From a virus: 64,000 bases of DNA. The notes under the pieces were generated by a model that saw only the letters and a list, made by a program, of their open reading frames with translations, searched no databases and had not been told where the DNA came from. The number at the start of each line of letters is the position of its first letter. Within the stretch, counting starts at the first letter, position 1. Below, one piece after another: positions 11,618 through 21,600 of this stretch. The stretch is taken from IMG/VR virus record IMGVR_UViG_3300045988_175036, positions 32,001-96,000 of that record; one strand, 5' to 3'. The position numbers and the translations under genes are program-made.

Positions 11618-14600
11618 ATGGCAACTACTGGTTATTTTGATGGCGCAAAGACGAGTAGGGGCTGGTATGCGCGCCTTGAGTGGTCATACACTCAAGGCAC
11701 CTCTACCACTATTACCCTTACGTTGAAAGTGTATAATGGAACTGCGCCCTCTTATAATAATTTCACAAATTCTGCTTATTACATACTAGCTGGCAATAAA
11801 ATATACAAAACTTTCAATTGGACTTCAGTTGGATGGAATACACTAGGAACGACCACAGCTGTGGTAGAGGGTTCTAAAACTTCTTATTCTGCTAGTGCGC
11901 AATGGGTAAGTGGAGTAACTTCAGCATATACTCCTGCATCACTATCTGTGAATGGAGTTATTACTTTCCCTGCCTGTACATCTAACGTAGGTGCGCCTTC
12001 TGGAGCTTATGTTAGAACTCCTTATTGGGATAAAGGCTCTATTATTCCTCCTACGACTACTAATATGACAGTGGCTTGGTGGCCAGCTTCTGACGGAAAT
12101 GGAGGCAATACTGTTTCTTCATATAAAATTTATTTTCTAATTAGTTCCTCAGGAGCAGTTCCATCTGAAAGCAATTATTCCAAAGTATTTACAACAACAG
12201 ACTTGACAAGAGAGGCTGATGGTTCAATTAGAAGGACTTTTAGCTTACCGGTATCAACTTCACAAAGAGGACAGACCATTCGTGCCGCTATTCAAGCAAT
12301 TGGTTCTTTAGGAATGAATTCTGCGCTTGTGGCTTGCTCTACAGTGATAACTGTAAATAAGAAACCTTCCGCGCCGACTGGCCCAGTGTCTCTTTTATAT
12401 AGTTCTACTTATACAGAATGTCATCCAGAAATTATTGTTGGCAATTCAAATGATGCTTCGCAAACGCCTACATTATATTATAGCTTAAATAATTCAACAA
12501 CTAAAAATCAATATACTTCTTCAACAAAACTTCCTCTTATGGCTTCTTCGCAGTCTTATAACTTTTACACCTTTGATGGACTAGAATATAGCGATAGTTT
12601 TACTTGTGTTATTACAAAAAATATAAAACCGATATTATCCAACGTAACAGTGACGATTTCCGAGACAGCAGTCACAAAAAACAGTGCTTTTTCTACAAAT
12701 TCTATATACGCGACAAAAATAAAAATTAGTGGTAATTCTTCTAAATCTAATGGTTACTTCAAAATCCAGCTAAAATATCAAAATTATGCAGCTTCGCCAA
12801 CTTTATATAATAAAGCAGTCGAAATTCAAAGAATAGATGGAGGTCTTTTGAAGAATAAAGAAATCTCTATTCTAAGCTATGTCCCTTATGGAATTAGTTA
12901 TGGAGTTTCTTTAGTTTATAATGATGGAATAGAAAATTCTTCAGAAGTATTTATTGATACCATTCAGGGGAAAAAACTTTCAATTGCACCTTATCCAACA
13001 CTTCAAAAGACATATAATCAGTTTGATTTTTCAAATATTAGTGGAACAAAAGAAAATGAATTTTGGAATAAAATTCGTTTTTGTTATACTTATGATAGCA
13101 CGTTTGTAGGAGATAAAAGCAGATTTTTCTTATCTGGCAGTGCTCTTGAAGTATTAGACGTCCAAACTGGAGCAGATAATAACAAGAACTATATATATTA
13201 TGATGCTACTTTTGCTGATACAATTCCTTCTGGCTCATATACTCTTAGTGCAGTGTTATATGACACGCGCCATCAAGATAGTTCAATTACAGATATTACA
13301 AAGGTAGAGGCAAAAGCAATTTCTTCAATTTTGCCAATTTTGACTTCTTCTACTCAGTTAAATGTATATACTGGCGGCGCAAATGATACTTTTACAATTA
13401 CTTTTACAAAGTTTTACGCAGACGGAGAAAGTCTTGAGGATTGGTCGATTACTTCTTTGAACTCAAGTGTCACTGCTTATTTTGTATATGAAGGAACTTA
13501 CTATATAATTAGTGAGCCGGTAATAGCCGCAGCTGCTTCAGAAGATTTGGTTAGAATCACTTTCAAGAAAAGCGCTGTTCCTGGAATATTTCAAAATTTT
13601 CCAAACAAAAATGGTTTATATGCGATGAATTGCGCAATAAAAATTGTAAATCTGTATGGTCGAGAATTTGATTTTATAGGAACTTCTTCGGTTGGCGTCA
13701 ATTTCAATTCTAGTCCGACAATATCTTTTGAAAAAGCTAATGTAAAATATCAATATAATAATAGTAGTTATCCTCTCAATGATAATCCTATTAGAGAAAC
13801 ATTAGTTCTTTGCTTCTCTCCCACTATCAAAGGTTATAATAACTCTCAGATAAATTTCTTTATAGATGTTTCAAGAGCAACAAGCTCCGGCCCCTGGGAT
13901 CTATTCACAAAAGGAACTTGTTTTAGAAGTGGTGAGCCATCTTATAATTCGCCTTCAGAGTTTAGTTCTTATGGGATCGGGCGTACTTCAATAAAAGAAA
14001 TTACAGATAATAATGCTTGCTGGTTCAGAGTTAGAATAAATGACGGTTATAATAATGAAGTAACGAGCTCTGTTGTAGGTCCTTTTTCTCGCGCGAAACA
14101 TATCGCTATGGATTTGACATTATCAGAATTACAGTATGCTTCAAATAAATTTACCTTCAATTATAAAATAAATGACTTAGGTCTAGCTCAAAGTTCTCTC
14201 ACGGATGGAACAATAATAATTCAACATTCAGAAGGAGCCCTTCAAGAGCAAACTTCTGGCATCGCGTGGGTTCCACATAATTTTTCTTGGGTTTCTTTTA
14301 TTTCTGGGAAATCTTCATCTGTCAGTTATTCAATGTCCGGAGATTTTGAATATGTCCGAGCGAAAATAACTACATTGTTTACGACAGATTATCCTTCAGG
14401 TCTTTCTATTACAACTAGAAAAATTTCTTATTCTAATAGTGATTTAGTTTATAACGTCACTCCAACTTTTGCTATAAGAAGGAATCAGTTGGGAATAAAT
14501 GTTGTTGAACCAACTGATTATGCTGATGGTGCTGTGGTTATTGGCGCGGCGACTGGTAAGAAAATGGTATATTTTTTGAGCGCAAACGGTATGGCTACCA

Positions 14601-14656
14601 TTGATATGGAAAATCTTTCAATCAATAATTTTATTATTGATGGCGGCAGTTGGTAA
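11618..14656 (+). CDS. putative receptor-binding / tail fibre protein (1012 aa, S/T/N-rich)
   Basis: RBS AAGGAG. Last large gene of the tail module, with beta-rich low-complexity composition. No catalytic motif recognised. Confidence 0.45.
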   Translation: MATTGYFDGAKTSRGWYARLEWSYTQGTSTTITLTLKVYNGTAPSYNNFTNSAYYILAGNKIYKTFNWTSVGWNTLGTTTAVVEGSKTSYSASAQWVSGVTSAYTPASLSVNGVITFPACTSNVGAPSGAYVRTPYWDKGSIIPPTTTNMTVAWWPASDGNGGNTVSSYKIYFLISSSGAVPSESNYSKVFTTTDLTREADGSIRRTFSLPVSTSQRGQTIRAAIQAIGSLGMNSALVACSTVITVNKKPSAPTGPVSLLYSSTYTECHPEIIVGNSNDASQTPTLYYSLNNSTTKNQYTSSTKLPLMASSQSYNFYTFDGLEYSDSFTCVITKNIKPILSNVTVTISETAVTKNSAFSTNSIYATKIKISGNSSKSNGYFKIQLKYQNYAASPTLYNKAVEIQRIDGGLLKNKEISILSYVPYGISYGVSLVYNDGIENSSEVFIDTIQGKKLSIAPYPTLQKTYNQFDFSNISGTKENEFWNKIRFCYTYDSTFVGDKSRFFLSGSALEVLDVQTGADNNKNYIYYDATFADTIPSGSYTLSAVLYDTRHQDSSITDITKVEAKAISSILPILTSSTQLNVYTGGANDTFTITFTKFYADGESLEDWSITSLNSSVTAYFVYEGTYYIISEPVIAAAASEDLVRITFKKSAVPGIFQNFPNKNGLYAMNCAIKIVNLYGREFDFIGTSSVGVNFNSSPTISFEKANVKYQYNNSSYPLNDNPIRETLVLCFSPTIKGYNNSQINFFIDVSRATSSGPWDLFTKGTCFRSGEPSYNSPSEFSSYGIGRTSIKEITDNNACWFRVRINDGYNNEVTSSVVGPFSRAKHIAMDLTLSELQYASNKFTFNYKINDLGLAQSSLTDGTIIIQHSEGALQEQTSGIAWVPHNFSWVSFISGKSSSVSYSMSGDFEYVRAKITTLFTTDYPSGLSITTRKISYSNSDLVYNVTPTFAIRRNQLGINVVEPTDYADGAVVIGAATGKKMVYFLSANGMATIDMENLSINNFIIDGGSW

Positions 14657-14657
14657 T

Positions 14658-14686
14658 TTGATTTTTCTTTTATTTTTTGATATAAT
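14658..14686 (+). promoter_or_regulatory. sigma-A-like promoter (TTGATT-N17-TGaTATAAT)
   Basis: -35 at 14658-14663, extended -10 TG at 14678-14679, TATAAT at 14681-14686. Sits upstream of 14708. Confidence 0.6.
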
Positions 14687-14707
14687 AAATCAAAAGGAGA
14701 TGATAAA

Positions 14708-15091
14708 ATGAATCTAACAATGTCGCAAATTCTTGCTCTAAACGAGCAGAAAAAAGCTTTTGAAAAGCTTTCTTTACCAATCAAAACTTCATATAAACTT
14801 ACAAAACTTTTTTCTTCGATTGACCAAGAAATAGATTTCTATACAAATAAAATGAAAGAAATTATTACAGCATATTCTCAGAAAGATGAGAACGGAGCCC
14901 CTATTTGGTCAGAGGATGGCACTTATATAAAAGTTATTCCAGAAAAAATGACTGAATGTCAATCCGAAGTTCTACAATTGAACGCATTGGAGATTGCGCC
15001 GCCTGATATTTCATTTTCTATTGAAGATTTTGGAGAAGTAAATTTATCACCAGAAAATCTTCAAGTGATTTTACCTTTTATCAGGGACTAA
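14708..15091 (+). CDS. hypothetical protein
   Basis: ORF with AAGGAG RBS, followed by a strong terminator. Confidence 0.6.
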   Translation: MNLTMSQILALNEQKKAFEKLSLPIKTSYKLTKLFSSIDQEIDFYTNKMKEIITAYSQKDENGAPIWSEDGTYIKVIPEKMTECQSEVLQLNALEIAPPDISFSIEDFGEVNLSPENLQVILPFIRD

Positions 15092-15100
15092 TATAATAAA

Positions 15101-15160
15101 AGAGACTAAAGTTGTAGCTTTTCACCAAACTTGTTACAACTTTAGTCTCTTCTTTTTATT
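15101..15160 (+). terminator. rho-independent terminator
   Basis: 16 bp perfect stem (15101-15116 pairs with 15135-15150), followed by TCTTTTTATTTT. Confidence 0.85.
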
Positions 15161-15211
15161 TTATCAATTCCTAAGCTTCTTATATATAGAAGGAGTAAAG
15201 GAGGAATAAAA

Positions 15212-15541
15212 ATGGCAGGTTATAACCCTTATCAAACCAACTCTTATCAAGCGACACAGTTCTTTCCGCAACCACAGGGAAATGTTTATATAATAAATAA
15301 TTCTATGGAAATAGCTAATATTCCTGTCGGTGGAGGGATTTCAGTAGCATTATGTCCTAGTGAAGCAATAATGTTTTTGAAATCAATGCAGAATGGAGCG
15401 CCAACACTTCTGGCATATACTCTAACTCCATGTGAAACTCGCGCTAATCAAACCTCTGATGAACGGGTGGCAGCTCTTGAAAAAGAAGTAGCTGAACTAA
15501 AAAAGCAGCTAAAAGGAGGAAAATTGAATAATGAACTCTAA
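15212..15541 (+). CDS. hypothetical protein (C-terminal coiled coil)
   Basis: RBS AAGGAGG. Contains ERVAALEKEVAELKKQLKG. Confidence 0.6.
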   Translation: MAGYNPYQTNSYQATQFFPQPQGNVYIINNSMEIANIPVGGGISVALCPSEAIMFLKSMQNGAPTLLAYTLTPCETRANQTSDERVAALEKEVAELKKQLKGGKLNNEL

Positions 15542-15740
15542 TCCATTACAAATGATGATACAAATGAGTCAAAAACAGCAACGACCTCAAAATCCGCCTA
15601 TTGACCCTCAACGTTTTTGTCAGATGGCACCAAAATTGACAAAAGAAAACCTTGTCCAACTAGCTCAACAGGCTCGCGCGCAAGGTATACCTGATGAACA
15701 AATTGAACAAGGTTTAAATTTCCTTTTGAACCTAAAATAA
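15531..15740 (+). CDS. hypothetical protein
   Basis: ORF overlaps the previous stop, suggesting translational coupling. Confidence 0.5.
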   Translation: MNSNPLQMMIQMSQKQQRPQNPPIDPQRFCQMAPKLTKENLVQLAQQARAQGIPDEQIEQGLNFLLNLK

Positions 15741-15799
15741 GTTGTCGTCCGGAAGACAAATTATTTTTGGAATATATATTTTAGGAGGTTTCTATTACA

Positions 15800-16507
15800 A
15801 TGATGGGAACTGAAGGTTTATCTGCTGGCGATATTCTCGCCCTAACAAAAGATAACGATAACGGTATGAGCGGAGCATGGAACAATCCTTTTATCTATTT
15901 GGTTTGGCTAGCTCTTCTCGGTGGAAATGGCGGTCTATTTGGTAACAGAAATGCTGACGCTGCTGTTCAAGGCGCGCTAACTCGTTCCGACCTCTTTGAA
16001 GGCTTCAACAATCAAGATGTCAATAGTCAACTCCGTGGTATTACTAATGGCGTCTGTGATGGCTTCTATGCAATCAATAGTGGAATGAAAGACGGCTTCT
16101 ATGGTAATCAGGCCGTAGTCAAGGACGGCTTCTATTCCACTCAGTCCGCTCTGGCAGAGAACAGATTTGCTCAACAGCAATGCTGCTGTGAAATCAAGGG
16201 TGGCATCAAAGACCTTTCTTCCGAAGGTTACAAGAATACCTGCGAAATTACAACTGCCATCCATGCTGAAGGTGAAGCAACTCGTGCGCTAATCAACGCA
16301 AATACGATGCAAGACCTTCGCGACAAACTAGCCGACCGCGACCGAGACCTAATGAATGCGCAGTTCCAGCTTTCTCAACAGACTCAGAACGCTACTCTTA
16401 TTGGGACGTTACGTCCATTTCCACAGCCTGCGTATATTACTTGCAGCCCTTATCAGTCAGTAGGTGGCACTTGCGGCTCTAGTTACAATTGCGGCTGCGG
16501 CATCTAA
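15800..16507 (+). CDS. hypothetical protein with Cys-rich C-terminus
   Basis: RBS TAGGAGG. Repeated DGFY motifs, a CCC triplet, and a C-terminal GGTCGSSYNCGCGI. Confidence 0.55.
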   Translation: MMGTEGLSAGDILALTKDNDNGMSGAWNNPFIYLVWLALLGGNGGLFGNRNADAAVQGALTRSDLFEGFNNQDVNSQLRGITNGVCDGFYAINSGMKDGFYGNQAVVKDGFYSTQSALAENRFAQQQCCCEIKGGIKDLSSEGYKNTCEITTAIHAEGEATRALINANTMQDLRDKLADRDRDLMNAQFQLSQQTQNATLIGTLRPFPQPAYITCSPYQSVGGTCGSSYNCGCGI

Positions 16508-16549
16508 CAGCTATTACCGAGAGTACAAATTCGTATCGGAGGTAATAAA

Positions 16550-16966
16550 ATGATTGAAAGTTATACAAATACTTCTCAAACCATAGCGCCAGAAGGGCTA
16601 CTATCTTTCGCAACAAATGATGTCCTGACTGGTTGCACTGTGCTTCATTCTGCTGGTTCTACTTCGTTTACCCTAAAACGTCCAGGTTTTTACTATGTTT
16701 CTTTTACAGGCACTGGTGCTATTACTGGCGCGACCGCTGGCGCAATTACTGTAAATTTACTGAAAAATGGTGTAGCTCTGCCAGGAGCAACAGCCACTCA
16801 AACATCAGCTTCGGCCACTGATATTCGTACAGTAAATTTTTCAAAAATTGTCCAAGTACTTCCTTCCTGTTGTGCCATAAATAACACTACCACTCTAACC
16901 TTCCAAAATGCGGGTTTAGATACTACTTATTCCAATGTCAATGTAGTAATTACAAAACTCGCATAA
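16550..16966 (+). CDS. putative BclA-C-terminal / C1q-TNF-like jelly-roll domain protein
   Basis: 138 aa. The pattern HSAGSTSFTLKRPGFYYVSFTG...TVNLLKNG resembles BclA-type C-terminal domains as recalled from memory, not searched. Confidence 0.3.
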   Translation: MIESYTNTSQTIAPEGLLSFATNDVLTGCTVLHSAGSTSFTLKRPGFYYVSFTGTGAITGATAGAITVNLLKNGVALPGATATQTSASATDIRTVNFSKIVQVLPSCCAINNTTTLTFQNAGLDTTYSNVNVVITKLA

Positions 16967-16978
16967 GGAGGTCCTGAA

Positions 16979-17278
16979 ATGAAAAAATACAAAGCGCTTT
17001 ATAAGGGAATGTATGACGATTTGAAAGATTCGGAAATGATGATTGATTATGCTTTTTGTATCCGAGAAGAAGGTGACAAAACTCTCGCGGATGAAATAGC
17101 AAAGTACGCGCAATATCGTCTTCAACATTTCTCTGATTTTCACAAATTATTTGAACAAGAAGTTTCGAAAGAAAAGGAAATTTCGATGGAAACTGTTCAT
17201 AAATGTATGTGGGAAGAGGCTCATGAAGCTCTACAAGAATGGCATGATAAAATAGAAAGAAAAGTCAAATCTTATTGA
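16979..17278 (+). CDS. hypothetical protein
   Basis: RBS AAGGAGG, followed by a terminator. Confidence 0.55.
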   Translation: MKKYKALYKGMYDDLKDSEMMIDYAFCIREEGDKTLADEIAKYAQYRLQHFSDFHKLFEQEVSKEKEISMETVHKCMWEEAHEALQEWHDKIERKVKSY

Positions 17279-17282
17279 AATT

Positions 17283-17311
17283 GGGAGAGGAGCTTCGGCT
17301 CCTCTCTTTTA
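17283..17311. terminator. bidirectional terminator between convergent genes
   Basis: GGGAGAGGAGC-TTCG-GCTCCTCTC stem with a UUCG loop, followed by TTTTATT. Confidence 0.8.
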
Positions 17312-18031
17312 TTCCCATTGAACAATTTCTTTATGAGGAAAGTTTCTATCAGAAACAAATTTTCCAATTCCAATGGCGTCCGCGCAGTCATCATTTACAC
17401 TTACGTCATACCATTGTTTTACTAGATTTTTCATTGAAGCTTTTCGGTCGCTTCTTGAGCGCCCCTTTACGCCACAGTGCGCGCGCCATGTATTTGTTGG
17501 ACATATTTCAAAAGAGATACCACGCGCGAAGCACGTTTCCATCAAAATTCCTTGAAGGCGTGCGAGTGTTTGAAATGTCGTAACTCCATAATTCTGCTCA
17601 TATTGAATTCCTTCAATACCAACAAAATCAATTTCAAAAGTAGAAATAATTGACATCATCCATTCTTTTATGCGATGGTCACGCGCAATTTCATCTGTAT
17701 TTTCAGGCGCATCGAAGTATCCATACTTTATCAATTTTTTATCTTCAAAGATTGAAAAGCCACTTCGTTTTGTCGCTTGGTCAAGCCCAAGAACACGAAA
17801 ACTTCCTTTTTTCTTTGGAATTGCTTCTAATTTTATTTCTTTATATGGATTGTCTTTACAGAAAGGACATTCGCGCCGCATACGAATCTTTTTCCATGGC
17901 GCGAATACTTGATGTCCCTCTGAGCACACAAATTCCATTATAGTATCAAGATTTTTATACTCTGTAGAAATGAGTTTCCAGCCGTCTTTTTCGATTTCGG
18001 CTTTTATGTCGTCCAATTGTATCTTAGCCAT
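17309..18031 (-). CDS. RuvC-like Holliday junction resolvase with N-terminal zinc-finger region
   Basis: Motifs VLGLDQATKRSGFSIF, FVGIEGIQ and NDDCADAIGIG match the RuvC acidic residues. N-terminal CSEGH...CPFC. Confidence 0.75.
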   Translation of the reverse strand: MAKIQLDDIKAEIEKDGWKLISTEYKNLDTIMEFVCSEGHQVFAPWKKIRMRRECPFCKDNPYKEIKLEAIPKKKGSFRVLGLDQATKRSGFSIFEDKKLIKYGYFDAPENTDEIARDHRIKEWMMSIISTFEIDFVGIEGIQYEQNYGVTTFQTLARLQGILMETCFARGISFEICPTNTWRAHCGVKGRSRSDRKASMKNLVKQWYDVSVNDDCADAIGIGKFVSDRNFPHKEIVQWE

Positions 18032-18048
18032 TCACTCACTTCCGTTAT

Positions 18049-18930
18049 TTACTTTAGGTTAGTGGAGCCAAAACCTCCATTACCTCTTTCTGTGTCATCA
18101 AGATTTTCAACTTGGAAAAGAACTGCCTTAGGGACTTCCATTAGAACAAGTTGCGCGAACTTTTCGCCTTTTCCAATTGTCATATCACTACCTCTAAGAA
18201 TTGAGGTAATGATAGGGCGGCCATTATCATCAAAATCATAAGTGATATCCTTGATAGGAGGCTCAATATTTTCAATAATTACTTGAAGCTCCCCTCTAAA
18301 TCCAGCATCAACCGTCCCAATTGAATTAGCAATTCTCATTTTTGTCTTGAGGGCGCGACCACTCTTTGGACGAATTTGAATTTCATAACCATTTGGAACA
18401 GCCACCTTGATGCCAGTTGGAATAAGCTTTGTTTCGCCGGGATGAATCACATAGTCATCCACTGCATAAACATCCATTCCACTATCATCGGGATGCGCAT
18501 ACTCAGGCATTTTTGCGTCTGGATGGCACTTTACAAAAGGAATTTGGATATAACGTTTTGCGATACCTTCTGTTTCACTAATAGCCGTATTGATGCCGCG
18601 CAGTAGCTTTTTGAGAAAATCTCGCTTTGGTGCAGTCAGGTCAGTAATTACATCAATTTCATTTACCAATTGGAGAAATTCGTCCTGGACGCTTTCTGCT
18701 GTAGAGCCAGTGGCATTGATAGACTGCGCAAGCATTAGGCGCGCGTTCGTAGTATTGAGACTACGAAGGAAACTATCCAGAATGCCAGGGGACACTAATT
18801 CAAATTGAGCATCATCCATTGATAACAGAACAGCAATAGCATCAATAGAATTTCCATCAAGACTATTTAGTTGAGAAAGCGCGTCGCGCACTTCTTCAAT
18901 AACTTTTTTAGAATTTGGTTCTACGTTCAT
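18049..18930 (-). CDS. dut: dUTPase with ~130 aa N-terminal extension
   Basis: DSGMDVYA, IRPKSGRA, GTVDAGFRGEL and the C-terminal RGNGGFGST motifs of trimeric dUTPases. Confidence 0.9.
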   Translation of the reverse strand: MNVEPNSKKVIEEVRDALSQLNSLDGNSIDAIAVLLSMDDAQFELVSPGILDSFLRSLNTTNARLMLAQSINATGSTAESVQDEFLQLVNEIDVITDLTAPKRDFLKKLLRGINTAISETEGIAKRYIQIPFVKCHPDAKMPEYAHPDDSGMDVYAVDDYVIHPGETKLIPTGIKVAVPNGYEIQIRPKSGRALKTKMRIANSIGTVDAGFRGELQVIIENIEPPIKDITYDFDDNGRPIITSILRGSDMTIGKGEKFAQLVLMEVPKAVLFQVENLDDTERGNGGFGSTNLK

Positions 18931-19151
18931 TCGGCCTCTTCACCCCACAGAGAGCAATATGTCATTTGAATTTTGCAGACCCAAATTTCATCCACAACAA
19001 TTCCCTTTTGCTTCTTCGTTTTATAAGTGTAACCGGCTGCTGTAATCTGAAAGCCTTCTTCACGAGCCTTTTCCCGGTATGCTTCAATAGTTTCTTTTGC
19101 TTCGTTTTCGTTTAGGGTAATTAGTTCTTCTGTCTTTTTATAGAGTGTCAT
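18927..19151 (-). CDS. hypothetical protein (start moved to internal ATG)
   Basis: The ATG at 19151 is preceded by GGAGG. The longer track ORF (to 19235) would overlap the upstream gene by about 100 nt. Confidence 0.5.
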   Translation of the reverse strand: MTLYKKTEELITLNENEAKETIEAYREKAREEGFQITAAGYTYKTKKQKGIVVDEIWVCKIQMTYCSLWGEEAE

Positions 19152-19986
19152 TATTTTTTGCCTCCACTTGATAGCTTGTATTTTCATTACAGTTGCACGT
19201 AGTATACCACGGATTACTAGGAGTGCCAATTTCATAAGGTTTTGGCGTATAAGGAACAGTTGCAGGAGAAGTTACAATTAGCGGACTATTAGTAATCTTG
19301 TCCTCAATTTTTGTTAGTCGTTCCATAACTTGGTCAAGCGTAATTGCGCTACTGGTTTTCTTTTCTTCCTTTTCATAGCAAATCAAATCTTTAGCATAAG
19401 GAAGTGTCTCAATCCACTTACAAAATTCTCTCCATTCCGGCAGCTTATGGCTACGACGCTGACGCCAGATATTCTTCAAACAACGGTAATTTGTGGTAAG
19501 CCGCGCTGTAAGTTCAAAGCCAGGAGGAATATTATACAAAATTTCAAGATAAAGTTCTGTTTTCTGTTTCGAGAGACTTTGCTTTGCTTCCTCGTTTTGT
19601 CCTTTTAGCGCAGAAAGTCGGTTGTATTCATTGATTTTTCCTTGGACAATATCAATGATGCGTGAATCAACATATCTATTGCATTGTTCTTTTAGGGAAA
19701 ATTTTGTGGCACAGTGCATAGTGGATTGTGAACTAACAAAAAATTTGAAGATATACCTCTCCATTTCAATCCACGCTTTATTAGAAAAGCGCAAGTCAAA
19801 ACTCACGAGAATACCTGTAAGGAATTGGTCGTGCGCGCCAACCCAATCAGCGGCGTGAGATAGGTTCTTCGCTCGTTTTAGCGCGGCTTCTACTGTCTCT
19901 TCCCAATCGGTTGTAGTTCTCAAAGGATACCCTGAAGCATGAAGACTTTCTTCTAAATCATAGACCTTTACATTTTCAACTCTCAT
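19138..19986 (-). CDS. divergent ThyX-like (flavin-dependent thymidylate synthase fold) protein
   Basis: GAHDQFLTGILVSFDL...W.EMERY...SSQSTMH and TTNYRCLKNIWRQRRSH..PEWREF parallel ThyX blocks. The recalled RHR...S.RY signature is replaced by ERY...STMH. Has an extra ~80 aa C-terminal tail. Confidence 0.45.
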   Translation of the reverse strand: MRVENVKVYDLEESLHASGYPLRTTTDWEETVEAALKRAKNLSHAADWVGAHDQFLTGILVSFDLRFSNKAWIEMERYIFKFFVSSQSTMHCATKFSLKEQCNRYVDSRIIDIVQGKINEYNRLSALKGQNEEAKQSLSKQKTELYLEILYNIPPGFELTARLTTNYRCLKNIWRQRRSHKLPEWREFCKWIETLPYAKDLICYEKEEKKTSSAITLDQVMERLTKIEDKITNSPLIVTSPATVPYTPKPYEIGTPSNPWYTTCNCNENTSYQVEAKNNDTL

Positions 19987-20506
19987 TTAGCAACTCCTCA
20001 AAAATTAAATCTTTTGGCAAAAAATTATTACATATGTATATACTAGCAAACGAAACTCCTTTTACTATCTTCGTATAATCTTCATCTTGATAAAAATTTA
20101 TTCTTTTATCAAAGATAAGGGCTTGTTTATTTTGTAAATAGGGAAAACGTTTTTGTCCTTGTAAGGTAGGCAGCGGAAAAAGCATTGCATAAGGTTTTTG
20201 GAGTTCTTCTAGCCTTTTTAAGATATCGTCTTTACAAGAGAATGGAGGATTAGAAATGATAATATCATATTTATCAGGAGAATAGTAAAAAAAGTTTTTC
20301 CCCAAGTCAATATGGGAAAATATTACTTTATTCCCATTCTGTAAAAAAATTTGAACATATTTACTATTCTCCTTATCAAAAGGACACCAAATGATATCCT
20401 CTTTTGAGACATATTTTAATAAGGGGGTAATAGCGTTAGGTGGGGTATAGTATTCATCAGAAGCTTTATCCGTTTTTGCTGTTAAATAACCTTTATTTTG
20501 TCCCAT
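19976..20506 (-). CDS. DNA N6-adenine methyltransferase (small phage Dam-like)
   Basis: DEYYTPP and IISNPPFS motifs. Confidence 0.7.
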   Translation of the reverse strand: MGQNKGYLTAKTDKASDEYYTPPNAITPLLKYVSKEDIIWCPFDKENSKYVQIFLQNGNKVIFSHIDLGKNFFYYSPDKYDIIISNPPFSCKDDILKRLEELQKPYAMLFPLPTLQGQKRFPYLQNKQALIFDKRINFYQDEDYTKIVKGVSFASIYICNNFLPKDLIFEELLNES

Positions 20507-20925
20507 TATACCTCCACGATTTTATAGTCGCATCCATCAATAGAACGGATATAATTTAAAACATCTTTATATTCTGGTTTTGTAAACCAGTTATTGAGAA
20601 GATAGGTATATGTAACTTTCTTAGCTTTTAAAGCCCTTCCAATTTTTTGATATTGGAGAAGTTTGAAAGCACAAGTTTGTAATTTTTCATCAACTGAGCC
20701 GGCCACTTGTTGATATTTCTTCTCATAAATTTTTAGTTCTCCATTTACAAAATAAGCCTCATCTGGCAATAGCTTCTTAGAAATTAGTTTTCTCCAATCA
20801 ATCTTTTCTTGAGACAAATACTTATATAGATTATGCTTAGATAAATCTATGCCTTCTTTTTGAGCTTGACAGATTTCTTCCCAAACTAAACCACTAGAAG
20901 TATCTCTAATCATATTCTTCATCAA
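20506..20925 (-). CDS. hypothetical protein
   Basis: ORF tightly packed in the operon, with ATGA-type overlaps on both sides. Confidence 0.55.
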   Translation of the reverse strand: MMKNMIRDTSSGLVWEEICQAQKEGIDLSKHNLYKYLSQEKIDWRKLISKKLLPDEAYFVNGELKIYEKKYQQVAGSVDEKLQTCAFKLLQYQKIGRALKAKKVTYTYLLNNWFTKPEYKDVLNYIRSIDGCDYKIVEV

Positions 20926-21341
20926 ATAATTTTCTCCTTTACATAATCTCCACTTTCATTCAAATAATAAACTGTCTTTATTCCTAGGTCTCGTATCAGT
21001 CGCGCGCACGCCGCGCAGGGTCTGCTACAGCCTCTTTCTCCATTTTTGTGTTCTCTATAAACATAGATATTGACTTTATCCCATTCAATATCTTTCCCAA
21101 TAAGAGGAGAAAGTGCAGCGACCTCTGCGTGTTCTCGCGCGATTGAATTCTCGTAGTCATCAAAATTTCGATAAATATTATAACGGTGCTGAAGAGGACG
21201 AGTCTTCTGACTATTACAAGCAGAAGAAAGAATCCTGTTGCCACTGACAACAACCGCGCCGACCTTTGTCTGCTTGAAATCAGATAAATAACTGACTTCA
21301 CGCGCGATATTGAAAAAGCGTTCTTCTTTGTGCGTCATCAA
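20922..21341 (-). CDS. dCMP deaminase
   Basis: HAEVAAL and PCAACARLI zinc-binding motifs of the cytidine/deoxycytidylate deaminase family. Confidence 0.9.
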   Translation of the reverse strand: MMTHKEERFFNIAREVSYLSDFKQTKVGAVVVSGNRILSSACNSQKTRPLQHRYNIYRNFDDYENSIAREHAEVAALSPLIGKDIEWDKVNIYVYREHKNGERGCSRPCAACARLIRDLGIKTVYYLNESGDYVKEKII

Positions 21342-21384
21342 ACTAGTCCCCTTTACTCTTTATAAAAATATTATATCAAAAATT

Positions 21385-21600
21385 TTAGTTTTTTTCAAAT
21401 TCTTGCTTTGCTTGTAGATAGCCATTTGTATATGCATCCTTCAATGCCTTTTGGACGTTAGTCCAGACACTAGGGAAAAGACGCATTATGACATAGGAAA
21501 ATTTTATTGGATAGTCAGTTGGATAGAGAAGCAAACTTTCTGAAAGTTTTGTAATCTTTTCTTTTGTTGTGGTGACTTCATTTATTTCTTTACTTTCCAT
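21385..21600 (-). CDS. hypothetical protein
   Basis: ORF with an RBS, in operon context. Confidence 0.5.
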   Translation of the reverse strand: MESKEINEVTTTKEKITKLSESLLLYPTDYPIKFSYVIMRLFPSVWTNVQKALKDAYTNGYLQAKQEFEKN

